DNA from: Brevibacterium luteolum
GTDB taxonomy: Bacteria; Actinomycetota; Actinomycetes; Actinomycetales; Brevibacteriaceae
Direction of reading: 5' to 3'
Assembly: GCF_013004595.1 (NCBI RefSeq)
Contig: NZ_JABEMC010000001.1
Location: forward strand, 558,001-622,000
DNA: 64,000 nucleotides
This document shows, one piece after another, positions 8,815 through 17,814 of this stretch. Position numbers and translations under genes: made by a program. Under the pieces are notes generated by a model. That model was not told the DNA's origin. It saw only the letters and a list, made by a program, of their open reading frames with translations, and searched no databases. How positions within the stretch are numbered: position 1 is the stretch's first letter; each line of letters begins with the position of its first letter.

Positions 8815-11799
8815 TCACCGGCGCTCTGCCGCCTCGGCGAGGGCCGCCATCGCCGTCACGAACGCCTCCTCGGGTGGATTCACGAGGCCGGCGCCCACCT
8901 GCCCGACACCGGCGACCCGGCCGGCCATGCCGGTGTTGATCTGCGGCAGCACTCCGGTTCGGACCACGGCTGCGGCGTCGATGCCGGTGGGCACACCGCG
9001 GAACTCGAGGATCGGGATCTGGTGGGCAGGATGCTCACCGAGGGTGATCTCATACATCTTCTGCGTCGTCTCAAGTGCGAAGGCGACATCGGCGCCGACG
9101 AGCCGGACGATCGCCGGAGCCGCGGCCATCGCGAAGCCGCCGATGCCAGCGGTCTCTGTGATCGCCGAATCGCCGATGTCCGGGTTCGCATCCTCCGGTC
9201 CGAACGAGCCGAGGAACAGACCCTCGGGCATCTGCGCCGGCCCGGTGAACCACGCATCCCCGGTGCCGGAGAGCTGGATGCCGAACTCGGTGCCGTTGCG
9301 CGCCATCGTCACGACGAGCGAGGAACCGGGGACGTTCTTCGCAGCCGCACAGGCGAGCTTGCAGGTGGGCATGACGATGTTGAGGGCGAAGTAGTCGTTG
9401 GCGCCGAGGAAGCGCACCACCTCGGCGAGGTCCTCCTGCGGCCAGTCCTGTGCGAAGAGATGCGGCATGATGTCGCGCAGGAACAGCAGCGTGCCGGTGC
9501 GGTTGCGGTTGTGGCCCTCATCGCCGGACTGCAGCATCTGCGAGACATAGGACTTCGTGTCGAGCGGGCCGCTGCTCTCCAGCGCCTCGGCCAGGACGGG
9601 CCCGAGCACATCGCGCATCCAACGCAGCCGCGTGAGCACCTCCTCGCCGTTGGCGCCATAGCGCAGCACCTTGCCGAGCCCTTCGTTGAGGGAGCAGTAG
9701 GCGCGATTGCCGTGCACCGGGTCATGCAGCTCCATCATCCACATCGATGGGCTCACGACGCCGGCCATCGGCCCGACGGCTTCCCGACTGTGGCACGGCG
9801 CGAACGTGAACCGGCCAGAGGCCAACCCTTCCTCGGCCTCCTCAAGCGTTTCGACGAGCCCTTCGAACACGACAGCCCCAGCCAGGGCGCCGCGCATCGG
9901 TCCCGAGGCGTCCTCCCAGGCCAGCGGGGGACCGGCGTGGAGGAACTCGGTGTCAGCCAGGCCCAGGCACTCGCGGGCCGGACGGACGGCGACGAGCTCG
10001 GCACCTGCGGCGAGCATCCGCTCGATCGCCGTGCGGTTGGCGTCGGCGCGGCGCGGATCGGCCATGACCGCCTGCACCGCGGCAGCGCTGCCGAGCGCGG
10101 GCCGCCAATCGACCTCGGTGACGGCGACCGCCTGCGCCTGCAGCTCCTGGGCGAACAGCGACAGCCCGGCCGTCACCACGACCGGCTCGGCCTCCAGGAG
10201 ACCGCGCAGCGACGCGCCATCAGCAGCCGTGGTCGACGCGCCGGTCTGCACGCCGGCCTGCGCGTCGGTCTGCACGCCGGACTCAGGCCTCAGCGCGGCA
10301 TCCGGGGATGCAGCGTGCCCGAGGTGGGCCAGGGCTCGGCGCGTCGCGGCAGCATTCGAGGCGAACACCTCGGCACCGGCTGCGGTGAGCGCCTCGACAC
10401 TGGCGGAGAGTCCCTGCGGATCCTCCTCGGTGCCGACGAGGGAGACGACGACCGGCAGCCGGTGGCCGTGCTCCTCCTGCGCACGTGCGCGCACCCGTTC
10501 GATCGCTGCGGCCAGCGGCTCGACCGGTGCTGCGTGGGCGCCGTAGCCGAGCACGAGGTCGAGCAGCACGACGCCAGCGCCGGCACCGGTGCGCTCAAGG
10601 GCGTCGAGTCGCAGGCTCGGGTCGATCATCGGATGGGCACGCCCTGCGGTCATCTCGTCATCACCGAAGTCGATGACGAACGACCCGCTCTCCGGCACTC
10701 TGCCGCCGCTGAGCTGCTCAGCCCCAGCAAGTGGGATGTTCGAGGGCACCGGCCCGAGCGCCTGGCAGGCGATGAGCATCGCCTCATCAGCCAGAGTGCC
10801 GCCGCAGAAGTAGCCGCGCAGATCCCCGCCCGCAGCCGGCTGCTCCGAGGTCTCCGGCAGCCATGACGGCCACTCAGGTGCCATCCCGCCGGCAGCGCGC
10901 AGCGCCGCTTCGACCGCGGCTGTCAGATCCGGCCGGCCTGAGCCGAGCACCGCCCACGTCACCCCGACGCCGAGCTCACCGGCCAGCGCTGCGACCTCGT
11001 CGACGACACCGGCATCGGCTGGCTTCGAGACGATGATGACGTGCTCGGTGGCTTCATCAGCCGCCAGCGCCCGCAGCGCCTGCTTCGTCGACCGGCCGCC
11101 GACCGCCGCGCTCATGTCCCGGCCGCCGGTGCCCAGCACATGACTGACGCCCTCGCCAGCGGCGCTGAGCAGCGTCATGACCTGCTGGGCGCCGGTGCCG
11201 GAGGCTGCGACGATGCCGAACCGGCCCGGCGGCACCCGATTGGCGAAGCCGAGCGCAGCCTGGGAGACGACCGCTGTGCCGCAGTCAGGGCCCATGACGA
11301 TGACATCTGCTGTAGCCGCTGCATCCTTGAGCAGCACCTCGGATTCGACAGGCACATTGTCAGAGAACAGCATGACCGAACACCCGGCGGCGATCGCATC
11401 AAGTGCCTCTGTCGTCGCGTGCTCACCGGGCACGGAGATGAGAGCGAGGTTCGCCTCGGTTCTCCGCGTTGCCGAGCCCACGGTCAGCGCCGGGCTCTCG
11501 CCACCGGTGCTGAGCTCGCCGCCGGTGGAGCGCAGGGCAGCCAGCTGCACGTCGAGTTCGGTCAACGCGGCCTTCAGCACCTCTGCGTCAGCACACCGCA
11601 GAGCGATGACGAGGTCGTTCGGGCTCACCGCTGGGTCGATGTCGAAGTCGAGGCTGCGCATGAGGTCGAGGTTGAGCTCCGTGCCCATCCCGATGAGCGC
11701 GTCGGAGACGCCGTCGAGGTCCTTCACGCGGGCAGAGGCCTGCATGAGGCTGACGGAGTCGAAGTAGACACCGGATCGGATGTCAACGTGAGACAGCAC
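8815..11799 (-). CDS. fdrA: Fused FdrA (AllF/YahF-like, acyl-CoA synthetase fold) and DUF1116 (YlbE/AllG/YahG-like) protein; putative carbamoyltransferase subunits
   Basis: GTG start after AGGAGA. N-terminal half: YFDSVSLM, MGTELN, ISVPGEHA, MLFSDNV, MGPDCGT, ASGTGAQ, GTGGRD, GGTLADEA, DFGDD..T.GRAHPMIDP. C-terminal half: LHAGPP, PCH..AVGPMAG, LNEGLGKVLRYGA, GDEGHNRN, MARNG, NPDIGDSAITET.G.GG, INTGMA. No stop codon between the halves. Confidence 0.9.
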   Translation of the reverse strand: MLSHVDIRSGVYFDSVSLMQASARVKDLDGVSDALIGMGTELNLDLMRSLDFDIDPAVSPNDLVIALRCADAEVLKAALTELDVQLAALRSTGGELSTGGESPALTVGSATRRTEANLALISVPGEHATTEALDAIAAGCSVMLFSDNVPVESEVLLKDAAATADVIVMGPDCGTAVVSQAALGFANRVPPGRFGIVAASGTGAQQVMTLLSAAGEGVSHVLGTGGRDMSAAVGGRSTKQALRALAADEATEHVIIVSKPADAGVVDEVAALAGELGVGVTWAVLGSGRPDLTAAVEAALRAAGGMAPEWPSWLPETSEQPAAGGDLRGYFCGGTLADEAMLIACQALGPVPSNIPLAGAEQLSGGRVPESGSFVIDFGDDEMTAGRAHPMIDPSLRLDALERTGAGAGVVLLDLVLGYGAHAAPVEPLAAAIERVRARAQEEHGHRLPVVVSLVGTEEDPQGLSASVEALTAAGAEVFASNAAATRRALAHLGHAASPDAALRPESGVQTDAQAGVQTGASTTAADGASLRGLLEAEPVVVTAGLSLFAQELQAQAVAVTEVDWRPALGSAAAVQAVMADPRRADANRTAIERMLAAGAELVAVRPARECLGLADTEFLHAGPPLAWEDASGPMRGALAGAVVFEGLVETLEEAEEGLASGRFTFAPCHSREAVGPMAGVVSPSMWMMELHDPVHGNRAYCSLNEGLGKVLRYGANGEEVLTRLRWMRDVLGPVLAEALESSGPLDTKSYVSQMLQSGDEGHNRNRTGTLLFLRDIMPHLFAQDWPQEDLAEVVRFLGANDYFALNIVMPTCKLACAAAKNVPGSSLVVTMARNGTEFGIQLSGTGDAWFTGPAQMPEGLFLGSFGPEDANPDIGDSAITETAGIGGFAMAAAPAIVRLVGADVAFALETTQKMYEITLGEHPAHQIPILEFRGVPTGIDAAAVVRTGVLPQINTGMAGRVAGVGQVGAGLVNPPEEAFVTAMAALAEAAERR

Positions 11800-12790
11800 A
11801 GTCTTCTCCTTCTGTCGGGTCCGGCGTTCCACCGGCGGAGTGAGATGAGGGTTGGGAAAGCGCGCGGCATGTCGCCACGACACCGGCGCCGAGGTCGTAG
11901 CCGGACGTGTGCCCGATCGCACCGAGATGTTCGGCGAAGGCGGGAAGGTCACCTGCTTGGGCGGCGCCCAGCGCCCTGGTCACCGCTGTCGTGCACCAGC
12001 CGTCGAGGGCTGCTTCGAGCAGTGAGGCGGAGATCGCCGTTGTGGCGGCCAGCTGTGGTGTGAGCGCTGCCCGCAGCTGGGCGAGTGCGCGCCACGCTGA
12101 CTGCCAGCGCAGGGCCAGCGCGATGCCGGAGAGCACATCATCGCCCGAGGGGGTGAGTCCGGGACCGCGGCCGATCAGCGCCGCGACGCGCTCAGCGAGA
12201 GCTTCGTCGCCCCGGCCGCAGCCAGACGCAGCGCCCCGGCTGCAGCTCAGCGCGGTCGCAACGATGTCCTCAGCGCTGGCTTCAGCATCGGCGATCCCCG
12301 GCTGCAGCACGGCACGGACGGCACCTGGATCGAGTGCCCTCCCACGGTGTTCGGTCGAATGCTCATCGGGGTGCCATCGGCCGATGCCCAGACCGGGGAC
12401 CCTGCTGATGCGCTGCGGTCGCCACATGCGCCTGATCTGCAGCTGAGCTGCCGGCAGCAGCAGCCGGTCAGGTTCGGCCGCGACGCGATCGCCGGTCCTC
12501 ACGCCGGTGGTGAGGACATCGGCTGGAACATGCGCGCGGATGGCCGTCGGCAGATCGTAGGCACCCAACCCGATCACCGGGATGACGAGCGTGCGCTGCC
12601 CGGAAGGCACTGTGACGTCGGTGGGTGCCGTGACGTCGGTGGGTGCCGTGACGTCGGCGGGCGCTGTGAGGTACAGGCCAGCCGCATGGACACCGGCGAC
12701 CGTCCATGCACGCCCAGGTGCGGCCAGCGGCGGCGTCACAGGGGACTTCGCCGCTGGCACGACAACCGGATCCGCGGATATGACGTGCAT
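11783..12790 (-). CDS. DUF2877 domain protein (YlbF/AllH/YahE-like)
   Basis: LIGRGPGLTPSGDDVLSG, TT.IS..LL, IGHTSG.D. Overlaps the fdrA start. ATG at 12790 preceded by a TACGCT -10. Confidence 0.85.
   Translation of the reverse strand: MHVISADPVVVPAAKSPVTPPLAAPGRAWTVAGVHAAGLYLTAPADVTAPTDVTAPTDVTVPSGQRTLVIPVIGLGAYDLPTAIRAHVPADVLTTGVRTGDRVAAEPDRLLLPAAQLQIRRMWRPQRISRVPGLGIGRWHPDEHSTEHRGRALDPGAVRAVLQPGIADAEASAEDIVATALSCSRGAASGCGRGDEALAERVAALIGRGPGLTPSGDDVLSGIALALRWQSAWRALAQLRAALTPQLAATTAISASLLEAALDGWCTTAVTRALGAAQAGDLPAFAEHLGAIGHTSGYDLGAGVVATCRALSQPSSHSAGGTPDPTEGEDCAVSR
12612..12668. repeat. 18-bp in-frame tandem repeat (about 3 copies) encoding TAP(A/T)DV in the DUF2877 gene
   Basis: GTGACGTCGGTGGGTGCC repeated; the protein reads TAPADVTAPTDVTAPTDVTVP. 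Confidence 0.85.
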
Positions 12791-12826
12791 CTCACAAGCG
12801 TAGGGCTGACTGCTAGGGTGGGGGAC
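12791..12826. promoter_or_regulatory. Back-to-back divergent leaderless promoters for the DUF2877/fdrA operon and pucR
   Basis: Minus-strand TACGCT (12797-12802) lies 6 nt before ATG 12790. Plus-strand TAGGGT (12814-12819) lies 7 nt before ATG 12827. No strong SD on either side. Confidence 0.6.
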
Positions 12827-14527
12827 ATGGCAAATGCCGATAATCATGAATCTCTGACTCGGCAGAATCTGCCAGTCAGCGGAGGTGATGTCACCGTCCG
12901 CGACGTCCTCGACCTGCCCTCCCTCTCCGGCACCCGCGTGCTGGCCGGCGCCGACGGTCTCGACCGCATCGTCTCTCGCGTCAACGTCATGGAAGTCCCC
13001 GACATCCTGCCGTGGGTGCGTGCCCAGGAGCTGCTCATCACCACGGGCTACCCGCTTCAGGGGCAGCAGTTCGACCTCGGTGAGCTCGTGCGCCAGTTCG
13101 CCGACCGCCAGCTGGCAGGCGTCGGCGTCAAACCCGGCCGCTATCTCCATGAGATCCCCGGCGAGGTGCTTACCGCAGCGGATTCCGCAGGACTGCCGAT
13201 CCTGCTGCTGCCCCACGGGGTCGGCTTCGACGAGATCATCCACGAGGTGCTCGGCACGGTGCTCGCCCGTCGTGAACAGGACTTGCAGCAGGCCGAGCAG
13301 ATCCTTCACGAACTCGTCACCATCGTCGTCACCGGCGGAGAGCTCGATGAGGTCTGCAGTCGCATCGCCAGTCATGTCAAAGGCACTGTCGCCGTGACGA
13401 CGATGGACGGCCGGGTGACCGCGGTGGCCGGGCAGCTGCCGCTGGCAGAGCTCCAGCAGCTGACCTGCTTCGATGTCGCCGGCCGTTTCCGGGTCGAGCA
13501 GACCCGGGTCGGTGAGGTGCAGAAAGCCAACGGGATCTGCAGTCTGGCGGTGCGGATCCGCGGCGGGACCCGCGACCTCGGCCGCCTCGTCCTCTTCACC
13601 GACCATCCGATGAGCCACAGCCAGCAGCACGTCGTCGACCAGGCCTCTGCAGCCGCCGCCCTCGTGCTCACGAAGATGCACGCGATCTCGGCTGTTGAGA
13701 GCAAGTACAAGGCTGACTTCGTCCACGATGTGCTGCGCGGCCGCATCGTGGCAGCCGACCGGATCCTGTCGCATGCGACCTCGCTGGGCTGGGACTTGGA
13801 CCGTGAACTCGTGGTCGTCGTCGCCGAGTACGACGACACCGGCGAGCCTATCGAGACGATGGAGAAGCAGTCCCTGCAGGAGCGCTTCGCCCGCGCCTGG
13901 ACCTCGGCGGTCACCCAGGGCGACGCCGAGGCGGTGGTCGTCGGGGCAGGGGATGAGGTCACTGTCATCGCCGGTGTGACACCAGAGGAATCCGTTGAAC
14001 GCACCACCGCCCGCGTCGAACGTTGGGTCGGCGACGTGCACGGCGTCGGCGGTGGCGGCCGGCTGACCTTCTCTACCGGCATCGGTCGCACAGCGGCGGA
14101 TCTCCACGCTCTGCCGGCCGCCTACCAGGAAGCGCGCAAGGCCGTGGAGGTCGGCCGCAGGCTCTACGGCGAGCAGGCGATCAGCCACTTCGATGCCCTC
14201 GGCGTCTTCCGGCTGCTGTCGCTCATCGACGATGAGGAGGAAGTGCGGGCCTTCATCTCCGACACCCTCGGGGTGCTCGCCGACCGGAGCGCCTCCTCCG
14301 CCGACCTGCGCGAGACCCTGCGGGTGCTGCTGGACAAGAACCTCAACGTCGCTGAGACCGCCCGTGAGATGCACTTCCACTACAACTCGCTGCGCTACCG
14401 GATCAGCAAACTCGAGCGCATCCTCGGGCCCTTCATGACCGATGCGCGGCGGCGGCTGGCCATCCATCTGGCACTGCAGGCGATGTACCTCACGGACCTC
14501 ACGGACGGAAAGCGCACACACCGCTGA
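12827..14527 (+). CDS. PucR-family transcriptional regulator
   Basis: N-terminal PucR domain (VLAGADGLDR.V..VNVMEVPDILPWV...ELLITTGY). C-terminal HTH (LRETL..LL..NLNVAETAREMHFHYNSLRYRISKLE). Confidence 0.92.
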   Translation: MANADNHESLTRQNLPVSGGDVTVRDVLDLPSLSGTRVLAGADGLDRIVSRVNVMEVPDILPWVRAQELLITTGYPLQGQQFDLGELVRQFADRQLAGVGVKPGRYLHEIPGEVLTAADSAGLPILLLPHGVGFDEIIHEVLGTVLARREQDLQQAEQILHELVTIVVTGGELDEVCSRIASHVKGTVAVTTMDGRVTAVAGQLPLAELQQLTCFDVAGRFRVEQTRVGEVQKANGICSLAVRIRGGTRDLGRLVLFTDHPMSHSQQHVVDQASAAAALVLTKMHAISAVESKYKADFVHDVLRGRIVAADRILSHATSLGWDLDRELVVVVAEYDDTGEPIETMEKQSLQERFARAWTSAVTQGDAEAVVVGAGDEVTVIAGVTPEESVERTTARVERWVGDVHGVGGGGRLTFSTGIGRTAADLHALPAAYQEARKAVEVGRRLYGEQAISHFDALGVFRLLSLIDDEEEVRAFISDTLGVLADRSASSADLRETLRVLLDKNLNVAETAREMHFHYNSLRYRISKLERILGPFMTDARRRLAIHLALQAMYLTDLTDGKRTHR

Positions 14528-14688
14528 TGAGCGATCCACCGCCAGATCGCAATGTGCGGGCGAAACTACCCAAACCAGCACGGACGTGTTTGGCATAACT
14601 TGACGTGACGCGCACCTCGTTGTGTCCCTACGGTTGACACATGCCGTTACGGCTATGACAGTTCGAAAGCCGACTGGTTGGGGGAGCA

Positions 14689-16197
14689 ATGAGTTTCGGA
14701 TGGACACTGCACGGTGACGGGAAGAGTCCTGCACCGGGCAAGGCGGTAGCCCCTCATGAGCGCCTGACCTGGCCGCGCACGGTCGGACTCGGCGTTCAGC
14801 ACGTCGTGGCGATGTTCGGCGCAACGTTCGTTTTTCCCGTCGTCATGGGCCTGAATCCCCAGCTGGCGGTCATGATGAGCGGTGTCGCCACCATCATCTT
14901 CCTGCTCATGGTCAACGGCAAGGTTCCCAGCTATCTCGGCACCTCCGCCGCTTTCGTCGGCGGCGTCGCGGCTGTCACCGCCCAAGGCGGCACACCCCAG
15001 CAGGTGACCGGCGCGATCATGATCGCCGGCCTCGTCCTGGCCGCCTGCGGCATCTTCATCCACTTCATGGGCGCTGCTGTGCTGACGAAGATCATGCCGC
15101 CGGTGGTCACCGGTGCGGTCGTCATGCTCATCGGTTTCAACCTCGCCCCGGTCGTCGCGAACGTGTACTGGCCGCAGGACCAGTGGATCGCCTTCATCGT
15201 CATGTTCGTCATCATCGTCATGTCGGTGGCTCTGCGCGGATTCCTCGGCCGCATCGCCGTCTTTCTCGGCCTGGCTTTCGGGTATGTGCTGTCCTGGATC
15301 TTCGATTTGGCCTTCGGTCCGATCACGGCCTTCAACGCCGCCACCGGAGAGGTCGACACCCATATGCGCGTCGACTGGTCCGGCGTCCTCGACGCCCCGT
15401 GGTTCGGTCTGCCGCCAGTCACTGACAGCGCCGCCGGGGTCGTCGGCATGCACCTGCCGGAGTTCAACGCCGCCTTCATCATCCTCATGCTCCCGGCTGT
15501 CATCGCGCTCATCGCCGAGAACGTCGGTCACGTCAAGGCTGTGGAGGAGATGACGAAGACCCCGCTGGACAAGTACATGGGCCGGGCGCTGACCGCCGAC
15601 GGTGTCGCTACCGCCGTGGCCACCTCGGTCGGAGGCTCACCGACGACGACCTACGCTGAGAACATCGGCGTCATGGCCTCCACCCGCGTCTACTCGACAG
15701 CGGCCTACTACGTTGCCGCGCTGGTGGCGATCGTCTTCGGCCTTTCACCGAAGTTCGGCGCGCTCATCTCCGCGGCGCCTGGTGGCGTGCTCGCCGGCAT
15801 CACCGTCGTGCTCTACGGCATGATCGGACTGCTCGGCGCCAAGATCTGGACGGAGAACAAAGTCGACTTCTCCAATCCGCTCAACATGGTCCCGGTGGCC
15901 GCTGGCATCATCATCGCCATCGGCGACATCGGACTGAAAGTGACCGAGACGTTCACCCTGGCTGGCATCGCATTGGGTACGATCGTCGTTCTGGTGATGT
16001 ACCACTTCTGCCGGATCATCGCCCCCGCAGAGCTGCGGGAGGCGGCTGACAGCGCAGGAGGCGCACTCATCACCGTCGGCGAACCCGGATTGCACAATCT
16101 CGAAGAGCTCGGTCTCGAGGACGACCACGGCCGGCGACGCCGTGGCGGCCGGACTGCCGACCACGATCCACACAGACCGGAGGACATCAGGGAATGA
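14689..16197 (+). CDS. NCS2 nucleobase:H+ symporter, UraA/RutG (pyrimidine) type
   Basis: GVQHVVAMFG, PSYLGTS, PPVVTG, AENVGHVKAV, signature PTTTYAENIGVMASTRVYS. Confidence 0.92.
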   Translation: MSFGWTLHGDGKSPAPGKAVAPHERLTWPRTVGLGVQHVVAMFGATFVFPVVMGLNPQLAVMMSGVATIIFLLMVNGKVPSYLGTSAAFVGGVAAVTAQGGTPQQVTGAIMIAGLVLAACGIFIHFMGAAVLTKIMPPVVTGAVVMLIGFNLAPVVANVYWPQDQWIAFIVMFVIIVMSVALRGFLGRIAVFLGLAFGYVLSWIFDLAFGPITAFNAATGEVDTHMRVDWSGVLDAPWFGLPPVTDSAAGVVGMHLPEFNAAFIILMLPAVIALIAENVGHVKAVEEMTKTPLDKYMGRALTADGVATAVATSVGGSPTTTYAENIGVMASTRVYSTAAYYVAALVAIVFGLSPKFGALISAAPGGVLAGITVVLYGMIGLLGAKIWTENKVDFSNPLNMVPVAAGIIIAIGDIGLKVTETFTLAGIALGTIVVLVMYHFCRIIAPAELREAADSAGGALITVGEPGLHNLEELGLEDDHGRRRRGGRTADHDPHRPEDIRE

Positions 16198-17090
16198 AGC
16201 CAGCGGCTTTCGCCTACAACCGCGCAGCATCAGTCGACCACTGCCTCGAACTGCTGACTCAGCACGGGGCCGACGCGAAGCTGCTGGCAGGCGGCCAGAG
16301 CCTCATCCCGGTGCTGAACATGCGCCTGGCCGCCCCCGCTCACCTCATCGACATCTCCAGGCTGAGCGAGCTGGGCTCCATCGAGGTCACCGATTCCTGC
16401 GTGCGCGTCGGCGCTGCGGTCACACACGCGGAACTCGAAGCCGATGACCACGCCTATGCCGCGCTGCCGATCCTGCGTCAGGCGCTGGTCAATGTCGCGC
16501 ATCCGGCGATCCGCAATCGCGGCACCACCGTCGGCTCGATCGCCCATGCCGATCCGAACGGAGAGATGCCGGCCGTCCTCGCCCTCACCGGCGGCACTGC
16601 GCACGCAGTCTCGTCATCCGGGTCCCGGCAGATCGACGCAGCTGAGCTCTTCATCGGCCCGCTGGAGACCTGCTTGGAAACCGATGAGCTCATCACCCAT
16701 GTCGACTTCCACCGGTTCCCGCCCGGCACCCGCACCGGCTTCACCGAACTCGCCCGTCGTTCAGGCGACTACGCTCTCGCCGGGGTGGCCATGGCGCTGA
16801 CTGCCGAGGAATCCACGATCACCGGGCTCCGCCTGTCCTTCGTCTCCGTCACCGACCTGCCAGAGGTTCTCGACATGAGCGAGCGGGTCACCGGGATGGA
16901 GCTGAGGGCCACCACTGACCTGTGCGCGGCCGTGACCGAGGCGGTCGAGGCAACCATCGACCCAGCCGGCGACATCCACGCCACCGCCGACTACCGCCGC
17001 CACATCACCAAGGTCATGGCCCGCAGACTGGCCGTCGAGCTCAGCTGTCGGCCACCGCAGCCGCCGACGGCAGGCCAACCGGACAGGTGA
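16194..17090 (+). CDS. Mo-hydroxylase FAD-binding medium subunit (CoxM/CutM-like)
   Basis: MKPAAFAY, AGGQSLIP.LNMRLA.P, AIRNRGTTVGSIAHADP, DIHATADYR. Confidence 0.92.
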   Translation: MKPAAFAYNRAASVDHCLELLTQHGADAKLLAGGQSLIPVLNMRLAAPAHLIDISRLSELGSIEVTDSCVRVGAAVTHAELEADDHAYAALPILRQALVNVAHPAIRNRGTTVGSIAHADPNGEMPAVLALTGGTAHAVSSSGSRQIDAAELFIGPLETCLETDELITHVDFHRFPPGTRTGFTELARRSGDYALAGVAMALTAEESTITGLRLSFVSVTDLPEVLDMSERVTGMELRATTDLCAAVTEAVEATIDPAGDIHATADYRRHITKVMARRLAVELSCRPPQPPTAGQPDR

Positions 17091-17140
17091 CGGGCAGTCC
17101 AACCGGACTGGTGACGGGCAGGCCAACCGGACTGGTGACG
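17069..17140. repeat. 24-bp tandem repeat x3 (GGCAGKCCAACCGGACWGGTGACG) across the coxM stop
   Basis: Units at 17069-17092, 17093-17116 and 17117-17140, with no spacers. Confidence 0.9.
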
Positions 17141-17208
17141 GCAGGTGGCGGCAGCGACCGCAACGACGAAAATGACACAGACATCGGCTGAGAGAAGGAG
17201 CGAAACAC

Positions 17209-17814
17209 GTGAGCAGCCTGGCACACGCTGAGGGAACCGAGCCGGAACCGCACCGCACCGTGCGGCTGATGGTCAACGGCACAGCGCACGAGATCTCCGT
17301 CGCCGACCGCCGGCTGCTCTCCGACGCCCTGCGCCACGATATCGGGCTGACTGGTACCCACGTCGGCTGCGAACACGGAGTGTGCGGCGCCTGCACCATC
17401 CAGGTCGACGGCAAGCCGATGCGCTCCTGCCTCATGCTCGCTGTCGCCGCCGAAGGCAGCGACCTCCGCACCGTCGAAGGCATCGGCAATGACCCCGAGC
17501 GCCCTTCCGATGTGCAGCAGGCGTTCATCGACTGCCACGGCCTGCAGTGCGGCTTCTGCACTCCTGGGTTCATCACCACGATCGACGCGTTCATCGAGGA
17601 GAACCCCGACCCCACACCCGAGGAGGCCCGCGAGGCGATCTCCGGGAACCTGTGCCGCTGCACCGGCTACCAGAACATCGTCGCCTCCGTGCTGCGGGCA
17701 GCCGAACTGCGCAGGACCGGATCCGTTCCCGAGGCGGCCGCCGCCTCGGGTGCGGGCGACAGGGAATCCGGCGCGGACGGGGCACCCGGCTCGGACGGGG
17801 AAGGACAGCGATGA
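17209..17814 (+). CDS. Mo-hydroxylase (2Fe-2S) small subunit (CoxS/CutS-like)
   Basis: GTHVGCEHGVCGACT...RSC, QCGFCTPG, GNLCRCTGY. GTG start after AAGGAG. Confidence 0.95.
   Translation: MSSLAHAEGTEPEPHRTVRLMVNGTAHEISVADRRLLSDALRHDIGLTGTHVGCEHGVCGACTIQVDGKPMRSCLMLAVAAEGSDLRTVEGIGNDPERPSDVQQAFIDCHGLQCGFCTPGFITTIDAFIEENPDPTPEEAREAISGNLCRCTGYQNIVASVLRAAELRRTGSVPEAAAASGAGDRESGADGAPGSDGEGQR

Noticed and set aside
11783..14824. 1013-aa minus-strand ORF as a single gene
   Set aside because: Only the part from 12790 is DUF2877-like; the rest is the antisense of pucR.
17069..17140. Possible CRISPR array
   Set aside because: The repeats are contiguous with no spacers, and no cas genes are in the window.
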